A stretch of 64,000 nt of DNA from Phycisphaeraceae bacterium (GCA_019636655.1 JAHBXB010000002.1:72537-136536), one strand, 5' to 3'; shown: positions 1 to 9,465, counted from the stretch's first letter. Made by a program: numbers and translations. The notes: a model not told the origin generated them from the letters alone.

Positions 1-1
1 C

Positions 2-466
2 GGTTACCAGTGGCAGGTGGAGCACAGCGTCGCAACGGGCGGGTGGGCGGATATCGCCGAGGGCGGGCCTGTGCTGTGCGATGGGGATGTCGTCGGCGAG
101 GTGATGGTGTGGGCGGACAGCACGGGATCGACGACGCCGCGGCTTGCGCTGAGCACCCTGCGGCACCGGCATGCATCGTCGTTTGTGCCGCGGGCGATCA
201 GGGTGCGGTGCGTGGTGTCCAACGGGTGCGAGCCGAACGCGGCGAGCGCCGCCGCGATTGGCGCGGTGTGCCTGGCGGACACGGATTGCAACGGGGCGAT
301 CGAGCCGTCGGACCTGGCGACGTTCGTCAACACGTGGCTGGGCTCGCTGAATGGGGGCGGGCTTGCGGGCGACTTTGACGGGAACGGGGTGATCGAACCG
401 TCGGACCTGGCGGTATTCGTGGGGGTGTGGCTGGGAGCGGTGACGGCGGGGTGCCAGGCAGGGTGA
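2..466 (+). CDS. 3' fragment of a secreted protein: Ig-like repeat followed by a two-repeat dockerin/EF-hand-like C-terminal module. The 5' end lies outside the window.
   Basis: The frame is open from the window edge to the TGA at 464-466. Repeats DCNGAIEPSDLATFVNTWL and DFDGNGVIEPSDLAVFVGVWL, with the tail ...AVTAGCQAG. The same module occurs at the C-terminus of the S8 peptidase (56220-56411). Confidence 0.6.
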   Translation, partial: GYQWQVEHSVATGGWADIAEGGPVLCDGDVVGEVMVWADSTGSTTPRLALSTLRHRHASSFVPRAIRVRCVVSNGCEPNAASAAAIGAVCLADTDCNGAIEPSDLATFVNTWLGSLNGGGLAGDFDGNGVIEPSDLAVFVGVWLGAVTAGCQAG

Positions 467-470
467 CGGC

Positions 471-1892
471 CTAGGCGGTGCGGCGGATGATCACGATGGT
501 GAGGTCGTCCTGCTGGGGTTCGTCGCCGGCGAAGGCGGCGACGTCGGCGGCGATGGCATCGATCATGGCCGCGGCGGGGAGGGCGGAGTGGCGTCTGAGG
601 GACTCGTGGAGCCGCTGGATGCCGAACTGCTCGCGGGCCTTCGTGGCGGTGGGTCTCGACCATTCGACGAAGCCGTCGGTGATCAGGGCGAGGACATCGC
701 CGCGGGCGAGTTCGACGACCTGGGCGGGGCCGAAGGCGGTATCGGGGATGACGGCGAGGGGCACGTCGCGGGGCATGATGTCCTGCACGGAGCCCTGCGC
801 GCCGACGTAGAGGACGATGGGCCCGTGCCCGGCGGAGAGCAGGCCGAGGGCATTGCTGCCGGGGGTGAGGAGGACACTGGCCATGGTGACGAAGCGGCCG
901 TCGGGGAGGTCCTGGGCGAGGAGGTGGTTGACGTGGGTGATGAGGGCCGGGAGGTCGGGGTGGTGGGATGAAGTCGCGCGGACGTAGGCGCGGCAGGCGG
1001 CGGTCACCATTGCGGGGCCGACGCCGTGGCCGCTGACGTCGGCGAGGGTGATGATCCAGTTGCCGTCGGGGAGGCGCTGCCAGTCGTAGTAGTCGCCGCC
1101 GGTCTGATCGGCGGGGCGGTTCCATCCGGCGATGTCGTAGCCGGGGATGTCCGGGGGCTCGTGGGGCAGGATGGCCTGCTGGATGGAGCGGGCGACGGCG
1201 ATGTCCTGCTCGATCATGGCGATGCGGCGGCGGGCCTCGGCCTCGTTGAGAGCGGCCTCGACGTGCAGGCGGAACTCGTGGGCGACCCACGCGGCGGCGA
1301 GGCCGCCGATGAAGATCATGCTGGCCGAGTTGATGTAGGCGACACGGGGAAGGCCGGTCGTGGGGGTGTCGATTCCGAGCCCGACGGTGATGTAGGCGAG
1401 GGTGCCGAGGTAACTCAGCGCGCAGACCGCGCCGGCGAGGACGCAGAGCCACGGGCGAAGACGGAGGACCATGAGGCAGATCATGGTGCCGTAGGCCAAC
1501 AGGGGCGGGGCGCTCATCGCGGCGTAGGGGGACAGGGCGCCCGAGGCGAAGGCGATCATGATGATCGCGGTCGGGACGAGGCACTCGATGACGGCGGTGG
1601 TGAGGATGAACCAGAAGGGGATGCTGCGGCCGGTGCGGGCGGCGTGCCGGGCGAGGAGGAGGATGACGCACTGGACGATGATGATGCTGCCGACGCCGAT
1701 GGCCGAGGCGAGGATGACGCGCCAATCCATGTTGCTCACGGAGTCGGCGCGGGTGATCATCAGTTCGAGGAGGAGCATGACCCCGATGACGACGTAGGCG
1801 CGGCGGATTTCGCTGCGGAGGGCGGCGTGGCGGAAGGCTGGGGAGGCGTCGATGCGGCGGTGGCGGGGCGGCTGCCGCGGGGGGTCGGACAT
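471..1892 (-). CDS. Membrane-bound PP2C-family (SpoIIE/RsbU-type) serine phosphatase
   Basis: The C-terminal half carries PP2C/SpoIIE motifs (GGDYYDW, LADVSGHGVGPAM, LITDGFVE, QQDDLTIVIIR). The N-terminal half has multiple hydrophobic segments. ATG at 1890-1892. Confidence 0.85.
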   Translation of the reverse strand: MSDPPRQPPRHRRIDASPAFRHAALRSEIRRAYVVIGVMLLLELMITRADSVSNMDWRVILASAIGVGSIIIVQCVILLLARHAARTGRSIPFWFILTTAVIECLVPTAIIMIAFASGALSPYAAMSAPPLLAYGTMICLMVLRLRPWLCVLAGAVCALSYLGTLAYITVGLGIDTPTTGLPRVAYINSASMIFIGGLAAAWVAHEFRLHVEAALNEAEARRRIAMIEQDIAVARSIQQAILPHEPPDIPGYDIAGWNRPADQTGGDYYDWQRLPDGNWIITLADVSGHGVGPAMVTAACRAYVRATSSHHPDLPALITHVNHLLAQDLPDGRFVTMASVLLTPGSNALGLLSAGHGPIVLYVGAQGSVQDIMPRDVPLAVIPDTAFGPAQVVELARGDVLALITDGFVEWSRPTATKAREQFGIQRLHESLRRHSALPAAAMIDAIAADVAAFAGDEPQQDDLTIVIIRRTA

Positions 1893-1979
1893 GGTCGGGG
1901 AGTGTACCCGAGGGGGAAGGGGAGGCCGGGGGCGGGATGGAGGCCGGTGAGTCTCTCGACGAGATGCACGTAGGAGAGA

Positions 1980-2009
1980 AGAACCCGGGGACTGCGGTCC
2001 CCGGGTTCT
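1980..2009. repeat. REP-like palindromic hairpin (13-bp perfect stem, 4-nt loop), copy 1
   Basis: AGAACCCGGGGAC-TGCG-GTCCCCGGGTTCT, preceded by a purine-rich GAGAGA. On the minus strand it is followed by TTCTCTCC, so it may also act as a terminator for 2041-2595. Confidence 0.6.
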
Positions 2010-2040
2010 GTATGGAGGAGTCGCAGGAAGACGAGCAAGG

Positions 2041-2595
2041 CTAGAGAGGCGTCGCTGATCGGCAGGTTGAGCGATGGGACGGCATCAACCGCCAGACTGT
2101 CGCGTTCTCCTGGGCGTGATTCGCAATGTACCTCGCAACGTTGAGTTGGTGCTCGCGATCAACAATCGGTTTGCAGTGGGATCGCGTGGCCCATACGCCA
2201 CCGAGCGGAACGAGCCCGGCGCTTGAGAGGGCTCGCGCACTGTCCTTCTTGGCAAGGCCGATCCACCTTCGCGGGTTGCTGTCTGTGAATCGAGCGAGCA
2301 CGTGGAAGTGATGCGGTGTCACGGCCAGGATGACGGCTTCGACCTGATGCGTAGCCAGAGTCGCTGCGAGCCGCTCCGCGGCGAGCGAGCGGGCGGCCGG
2401 AGAGAGCGACACGGCTTTGCGCCCCATCCTCGCCTGGACGTGCGAGCGGATTCGGCTTCGATCCTCGGGCGGTATCGGAGCATCGGCGCCGGGCTGAGGG
2501 CGGGCGTGACGGGTCTTCCAGCCGCGGTCATCGCCCGGCAGCCACGTGCCATAGGTGTTTCCGGTGACGTGATACCAGCCGTTCCACGCGGTCAT
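2041..2595 (-). CDS. IS200/IS605-like Y1 (HUH) transposase family protein, RAYT-like
   Basis: 184 aa. N-terminal YHVTGNTYGTWLPGDDRG, HUH-like HHFHVL, and a downstream Tyr motif ARYIANH. The size and flanking palindromes fit REP-associated tyrosine transposases. Confidence 0.55.
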   Translation of the reverse strand: MTAWNGWYHVTGNTYGTWLPGDDRGWKTRHARPQPGADAPIPPEDRSRIRSHVQARMGRKAVSLSPAARSLAAERLAATLATHQVEAVILAVTPHHFHVLARFTDSNPRRWIGLAKKDSARALSSAGLVPLGGVWATRSHCKPIVDREHQLNVARYIANHAQENATVWRLMPSHRSTCRSATPL

Positions 2596-2636
2596 GGTGG
2601 GTGAGCATACATCCGCGTCGTCCGCGCGAGAAAGAA

Positions 2637-2666
2637 AGAACCCAGGGACTGGGGTCCCTGGGTTCT
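2637..2666. repeat. REP-like palindromic hairpin, copy 2
   Basis: AGAACCCAGGGAC-TGGG-GTCCCTGGGTTCT. It differs from copy 1 in the stem by one compensated pair (G:C to A:T). It lies 34 nt downstream of the groEL stop and is followed on the minus strand by TTCTTTCTTTCTC, which is terminator-like. Confidence 0.6.
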
Positions 2667-2699
2667 GGGGGTGGTCATCGACTGTGGGTGTCTGGCGGA

Positions 2700-4334
<1,635 letters not shown>

Positions 4335-4405
4335 AGGGAAGGGTCCTTTGTGTGCTTGTGCCCGGCGCTGCGGCGCGGGCGTGCGTTGAAATCAGGGGGA
4401 CTGGG

Positions 4406-4630
4406 CTAACCGATCTTGACCCATGCGACGCGTTCGGCGTCGAGGATGTAGACGGCCTTGCCGTCGGTGACTTTGACGAGGTGGTCCTCCTCGTCGGGGA
4501 TGAGCATGGCGGTCTTGACCAGGAGGTTGGCGACCCCGGCGACCGGAGAGGGCATGTCGGCGAAGACGACAGCGAGGTCGCGGTCGCCGCGGAGTTCGCG
4601 CAGGGCTTGGCGGAGCTGGTCGGAGGTCAT
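4406..4630 (-). CDS. Hypothetical 74-aa protein encoded between groES and groEL
   Basis: The ATG lies 7 nt after the groES stop. Almost every codon ends in G/C, like the neighbouring genes. Non-repetitive, balanced composition. No family recognised. Confidence 0.6.
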   Translation of the reverse strand: MTSDQLRQALRELRGDRDLAVVFADMPSPVAGVANLLVKTAMLIPDEEDHLVKVTDGKAVYILDAERVAWVKIG

Positions 4631-4637
4631 GCGGGGA

Positions 4638-4988
4638 TCAGTCGATGATGGCGAGGATCTCGTCCTCGGACATGATGAGGAGCTTGTCCTCGCTGCCGAC
4701 GGCGCCGAGCTTGAGTTCGGTGCCGGCGTAGGAAGTAAAGATGACGCGGTCGCCCTTCTTGACGGTGAGGGGGATGAGGGCGCCGGTCTCGGTGTTGACG
4801 GTGCCGGTGCCGACGGCCTCGACGACGCCGGTCTTGGGGGTGTCCTTGGCCTTCTCGGGGAGGTAGATACCGCTGTCGGTGCGGTCCTGGGCCTCGTCGC
4901 GGCGGACGAGGATCTTGTCGTGAAGGGGGCGGACGTTGACGGCGGGGGACTTGCTCTTGGGGGGGTTCATCGTCGCGGACTTGGCCAT
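4638..4988 (-). CDS. groES: Co-chaperonin GroES
   Basis: VRPLHDKILVRR...GIYLPE...GVVEAVG...GDRVIF. AGGAG lies 9 nt upstream of the ATG at 4988. There is a short N-terminal extension relative to typical GroES. Confidence 0.93.
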   Translation of the reverse strand: MAKSATMNPPKSKSPAVNVRPLHDKILVRRDEAQDRTDSGIYLPEKAKDTPKTGVVEAVGTGTVNTETGALIPLTVKKGDRVIFTSYAGTELKLGAVGSEDKLLIMSEDEILAIID

Positions 4989-5088
4989 TGGTCATCGCTC
5001 CTAAAGGGAGATTGGTGAAACGAGGGGACGAAACGGGCGGGACAACGAGCGTTCCGGGGGGAACGCGGGAAGCAGCGTGCGTGCGTGG

Positions 5089-5679
5089 CTAGCGGCCGGG
5101 CCAGCGGTCCTGGTAGAAGCGGGTCAGGCAGCGGCGAAGGACGTCGAGCATCTGCTCGAGGGTTGCGGAGGAACGGTCGACGACGGCGAAGGCGCCGCAC
5201 TGAAGAGCGGCGGAGAGGTGGCGGGACTCATCGCGCTGGGAGCGTGGGCCCTTGATGACCACGGTCGGGGGCGGGGCATCGAGGCGGCGGAGGAGTTCGA
5301 GGATGCGGGGGCCGCCCTCGTGGCTGTGGTAGGTCGGGGAGGAGGGGTCGGAGGCGGCGGGGGAGGAATCGAGGGGGAGGCCGAGATCGACGACGGCGAT
5401 GTGGACCGGGGCGCGGCGGATGGTCTGTTCGGCCTCGCAGGCAGAGCGGGCGCGGAGGGAGTAGACGCCGAAGGGTTCGAGGAGCGTGGGGATGCGGTCG
5501 GCCCAGGAGTCGCCGCGCCAGGAGGCGCAGGAGATGAGGAGGTTGAGCCGGCCACCGGCATCGGGGTTGGCGGCTGACTTGGGGGCCGAGGCCTGCTCGG
5601 AGCGCCAGCGCGGGCGGAGGGAATCGGACCCGGCGGGGTCTCGGGAAGGGTCACCGGGATGGAAGCGCACCTGAAGCAT
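5089..5679 (-). CDS. Single-domain response-regulator receiver-like protein (atypical or pseudo-receiver); start uncertain
   Basis: (beta-alpha)5-like pattern: LNLLISCASW ... IAVVDLGLP ... TVVIKG ... GAFAVVDRS. The beta3 Asp is present, but the beta1 acidic pair and the beta5 Lys appear to be missing. Confidence 0.45.
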   Translation of the reverse strand: MLQVRFHPGDPSRDPAGSDSLRPRWRSEQASAPKSAANPDAGGRLNLLISCASWRGDSWADRIPTLLEPFGVYSLRARSACEAEQTIRRAPVHIAVVDLGLPLDSSPAASDPSSPTYHSHEGGPRILELLRRLDAPPPTVVIKGPRSQRDESRHLSAALQCGAFAVVDRSSATLEQMLDVLRRCLTRFYQDRWPGR

Positions 5680-5875
5680 CCACCAGCGCTAAAGGCAAGG
5701 GGTGTGCCGCTGAGTGCGAGGCGTGGAGCGGCACGCGTGGGGGCTGTGGGAAGGCCTCCGACGGGGCTGGGGCGAAATAGGGCTGCCAGCGGGCAGGGGT
5801 AGAGGCGAATGGCGTGCCAAATCGGCAGGCGAACATTGGCCGATCGAGGGGACCGGAACGGGGTAGACTGCAGGC

Positions 5876-7369
5876 ATGACGCTGGATGTGCTGCACGTGG
5901 TGCTGGGGGTGGTAGCGGGCGTGGGGGCGGCGGGGGTGGTCTGGCTGCTCATCGAGCGGGGGCGGTTGCAGTCGGACGCGGCGGGGGCGAGAGCCGAGCG
6001 GGATGGGGCGCGGGCCGAGGCGGAGCAGGCGAGGGAGGAGTTGCGACGGGCGCTGGGAGCGCTGGAGGACGCGCGGGGGACGGCCGCCGCGCTGCGGGAG
6101 GAGCGGGCGCAACTGGTGGAGCGAAGCCAGGGGGATCGAGAGGGGTACGAGGCGGAGATCTCGCGGGTGGAGGAGGTCGCGCGGGAGCGGCTGGAGGCGG
6201 CGGAGCGGGTGCACCGGGAGAGGCTGGAGGCGACACGGCAGGCGAAGGAGGCGATCGAGCGGACGCTGGCGCAGGTGGAGGAAAAGTTCCAGAAGGTGTT
6301 CGGCTCGCTCGCGGCGGACGCGCTCAAGGCGTCGACGTCGGAGTTCCTCAAGTTGGCGGAACAGAGTTTCGAGGTGAAGAGCAAGGCGGCGGAGGGGGAG
6401 TTGGAGAAACGGCGGTCGGCGGTGGAGCAACTGGTGCAGCCGATCACGGAGACGCTGAGGAAGACGGATGAAAAGTTGGCGGCGATGGAGAAGGAGCGGG
6501 TGAGCGCGTACTCGGGGATGCTGCGGGAGGTGCAGCAGGTCGCCGCGGCGAGCGCGGAGTTGCGGGCGGAGACGGGGCGGCTGGCGCAGGCGATGCGGGA
6601 CCCGCAGGTGCGCGGGCGGTACGGGGAGATGCAGCTCAAGCGGGTGGCGGAACTGGCGGGAATGGTGGAGCACTGCGATTTCGTGGAGCAGGATCAGACG
6701 GTGGACGACGCGGGGTCGGCGCTGCGGCCGGACATGCTGGTGAAGATGCCCAGCGGGCGGGAACTGGCAGTGGACGCGAAGACGAACATCCGCGGGTATC
6801 TCGAGGCGCTGGATGCGCGGACGCCCGAGGAGGCGGAGGCGTGCCTGGAGCGGTTCGCGAAGAACATCGGCGACCAGGCGTCGGCGTTGGGGAAGAAGAA
6901 CTACTGGTCGCGGTACGAGGGATCACCGGAGTTCGTGGTGATGTTCGTGCCGGGGGAGCAGTTCCTGGATGCCGCGATGCGGCGGCGGCCGGCGCTGCTG
7001 GAGGAGGCGGCGAGCCAGCGGGTGATCATCGCGAGCCCGGCGTCGCTGATCGGGCTGCTGCGGGCGGTGGCGGTGGGGTGGCGGGAACAGCGGATCGAGG
7101 AGCAGGCGCGGGAGCTGTTCGAACTGGGGCGGCAGCTGCACGAGCGGGCGAGCGTGCTGGCGGACCACATGGAGAAGGTGGGGCTGGCGCTGGACCAGGC
7201 CGTGCGGCGGTACAACGACATGCGGGGGTCGTACGAATCGCGGCTGGAGCCGACGCTGCGGCGGTTCGAGGAGGCGGGGGCGAAGAGCTCGAAGGAGTTG
7301 ACGCAGCCGGCGGAGATCACGGTGCGGCCGCGCCTGCCGCGGGGCGTGGGCGCGGACGGGGAGGCGTGA
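5876..7369 (+). CDS. rmuC: DNA recombination protein RmuC
   Basis: N-terminal TM segment, a long coiled coil and an RmuC nuclease-like C-terminal domain (GEMQLKRVAELAGM..., PDMLVKMPSGRELAVDAK, FVVMFVPGEQF). Confidence 0.9.
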   Translation: MTLDVLHVVLGVVAGVGAAGVVWLLIERGRLQSDAAGARAERDGARAEAEQAREELRRALGALEDARGTAAALREERAQLVERSQGDREGYEAEISRVEEVARERLEAAERVHRERLEATRQAKEAIERTLAQVEEKFQKVFGSLAADALKASTSEFLKLAEQSFEVKSKAAEGELEKRRSAVEQLVQPITETLRKTDEKLAAMEKERVSAYSGMLREVQQVAAASAELRAETGRLAQAMRDPQVRGRYGEMQLKRVAELAGMVEHCDFVEQDQTVDDAGSALRPDMLVKMPSGRELAVDAKTNIRGYLEALDARTPEEAEACLERFAKNIGDQASALGKKNYWSRYEGSPEFVVMFVPGEQFLDAAMRRRPALLEEAASQRVIIASPASLIGLLRAVAVGWREQRIEEQARELFELGRQLHERASVLADHMEKVGLALDQAVRRYNDMRGSYESRLEPTLRRFEEAGAKSSKELTQPAEITVRPRLPRGVGADGEA

Positions 7370-7407
7370 CCGGGGCGCGGGGGGTGCGGGAGGCGATGAC
7401 GGCGGGC

Positions 7408-8361
7408 TTAGCCGGGGTCGACTTCGGTCCACGACCAGACCTTGGGGGCTGGCGGGGCGGTGTCCTCTTCCTTCTCCACCTCTCCGGTGTCGACGAGGTT
7501 GAGGGTGGTGGTGATGCGGAAATTAGATTCGGTGCGGTGGCGCTCGGCGAAGAAGAAGCGGAGGGAGTAGGTGTCGCCGTCCTTGAGCCAGGTGAGGCGG
7601 TCGAGGTCGATGGTCTGCTCGAGGCGGCCGTGGATGCCGCCGAGGTCGATGACGAGCCGGCCGTCGATGAAGACCCAGACGTCGTCGTCGCCGCTGAAGG
7701 TGAAGACCTGGCCGGAGTTGCGGGTGTAGACGAACTGGGTGGCGAGTTCGAAGGTGAAGTGGAAGTTCTTGTTGTCGCCGGAGGAGTTACCGAACCCCTT
7801 CTTGTTGATGGGGAAGAAGCCGCCGAGGGCGGAGTAGGCGGGGTCGGTGGCGCTGTCGAAGGTGTAGGTGTTGGAGAGACCAACACGGCGGAGGGTCAGG
7901 GGGACATTGATGGCGGTGTTGACGTTCTTGGTGGTCTTGAACCACTGGTTGAACTTGGACTTGTTGGTGACGGCGCCGCCGGTAGAACTGGAGATGGTGG
8001 CCGAGGAATCACCGGAGACGGAAGCGATGTAGGACTTGGAGTTGATGATGGGGCGGCCCTTGGAGTCCTTGGCCGGCTTGGTGACGCGGTAGCCGGTGGA
8101 CTTGTACACGGGCCGGCCGGAGGAATCGAGGGTGTCACCAACGATGCCAGCGTACTGGCCGAAGCCGCCAGAGGGATCGAGTTCGAAGTCATCGTGGCCG
8201 CCGGAGACGGAACGCTCCTTGAAGTCGCGGGCGACGCCGACGAGCTGGATGGAGCTCGGGAGTTCCGGGGGCTCGGCGTGGAGGCCGAGGGAGCAGGCGG
8301 CGCCTGCGAGGAGGAGGATGGTGGAGGTGATGGCGCGGGCGCGGGTGAAACTGGGATGCAT
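7408..8361 (-). CDS. Secreted fibro-slime (PA14-like) domain protein, paralog 1
   Basis: Signal peptide, GGFFPINKKGFGNS and FTFSGDDDVWVFIDGRLVIDLGGIHG. AGGAG lies 7 nt upstream of the ATG. Confidence 0.8.
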   Translation of the reverse strand: MHPSFTRARAITSTILLLAGAACSLGLHAEPPELPSSIQLVGVARDFKERSVSGGHDDFELDPSGGFGQYAGIVGDTLDSSGRPVYKSTGYRVTKPAKDSKGRPIINSKSYIASVSGDSSATISSSTGGAVTNKSKFNQWFKTTKNVNTAINVPLTLRRVGLSNTYTFDSATDPAYSALGGFFPINKKGFGNSSGDNKNFHFTFELATQFVYTRNSGQVFTFSGDDDVWVFIDGRLVIDLGGIHGRLEQTIDLDRLTWLKDGDTYSLRFFFAERHRTESNFRITTTLNLVDTGEVEKEEDTAPPAPKVWSWTEVDPG

Positions 8362-8499
8362 AACCGTCTCCTATCTGGTGACAGAAAGGAGAATCGGCTG
8401 TGCCGCGGCAGCACGGGAGTACCCGGGGTCGCGGGCGCGCGGGGGTGCGGAAGGGGTAGGGGCTGGGTGGAATGAACGGCGGGCGCGGGTCCGAGAAAC

Positions 8500-9465
8500 T
8501 CAGCCGGGCTCGCGTTCTTCCCACTTGCGGATGTACAGACGACCCGGGGCCTCGTCGTCGGACTCGCTGGAGTCCTGGAGGTTGAGGGTGGTCTCGATGC
8601 GGAAGTTAGACTCGGTGCGGTGTCGCTCGGCGAAGAAGAAGCGGAGGGAGTAGGTCTCGCCATCCTGGAGCCAGGTGAGGCGGTCGAGCTCGATGGTCTG
8701 AGAGATGCGGCCATGGACGCCGCCGAGGTCGATGACGAGCTTGCGATCGATGAAGACCCAGACGTCATCGTCGCCGGTGAAGGTGAAGACCTGGCCGGAG
8801 TTGCGGGTGTAGACGAACTCGGTGGAGAGGGTGTAGGTGAAGTGGTAGTTCTTGTTGTCGCCGGCGGAGTTGCCGTAGCCGAGCTTGTTGATGGGGAAGA
8901 AGCCGCCGAGGGCGGAGTAAACGGGGTCGGTGGCGCTGTCGAAGACGTACTGGTTGCTCTGCCCCGTACGGCGGAGGACAAGGGGCACGGAGATGGCCTT
9001 GTTCGTGCCGTTCACGGTCTTGAACCACTGCTGGAACTTGCCGTTGTTGGTGACGGCGCCGCCGGTGGCGGTGGAGATGGAGGCGGGGACGTCGCCGGGA
9101 ACGGAAGCGAGGTAGGGCTTCGCATCGATGATGTTGCGGCCCTTAGCGTCCCGAGCGGGGCGGCTGACTCGCCGGCCCTGGGACTGGAACGCGGGGGTGT
9201 TGGAGGCGCCGAGGGTGTCGGAGACGATACCCGCGTACTGGCCGAAACCGTCGGCGGGGTCGAGCTCGAAGTCGGGGTGGCCGCCGTTGACGGAGCGTTC
9301 CTTGAAGTCGCGGGCGACGCCGATGAGTTGGATGGTCTCGGGGAGTTCGGGCGGCGCGGCGTGACCGCCGAGCATGGCCAGGCCCGACGTGGCGAGCAAG
9401 GCGGAGGCGGAGATAGAACGGAGAAGGGGGTGGCGTGTCGCGGGTGTCGGCATCTTGGTGCGCAT
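8500..9465 (-). CDS. Secreted fibro-slime (PA14-like) domain protein, paralog 2
   Basis: Trimmed to the ATG at 9465 (MRTKMPT..., signal peptide). GGFFPINKLGYGNS and FTFTGDDDVWVFIDRKLVIDLGGVHG. Shows high identity to 7408-8361. Confidence 0.8.
   Translation of the reverse strand: MRTKMPTPATRHPLLRSISASALLATSGLAMLGGHAAPPELPETIQLIGVARDFKERSVNGGHPDFELDPADGFGQYAGIVSDTLGASNTPAFQSQGRRVSRPARDAKGRNIIDAKPYLASVPGDVPASISTATGGAVTNNGKFQQWFKTVNGTNKAISVPLVLRRTGQSNQYVFDSATDPVYSALGGFFPINKLGYGNSAGDNKNYHFTYTLSTEFVYTRNSGQVFTFTGDDDVWVFIDRKLVIDLGGVHGRISQTIELDRLTWLQDGETYSLRFFFAERHRTESNFRIETTLNLQDSSESDDEAPGRLYIRKWEEREPG

Larger units (their letters stand above)
1980..2666 (-). mobile_element. Possible REP/RAYT unit: Y1-HUH transposase-like gene flanked by two near-identical palindromic hairpins
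   Basis: Combines the hairpins at 1980-2009 and 2637-2666 with the CDS at 2041-2595. The gene looks lower in GC than its neighbours. Confidence 0.4.

Noticed and set aside
4989-5088. Searched for a CIRCE/HrcA operator (TTAGCACTC-N9-GAGTGCTAA) or a sigma-32-type promoter upstream of groES
   Set aside because: No match by eye. Only a short hairpin (5049-5066) is present, and it more likely terminates the upstream receiver-like gene.
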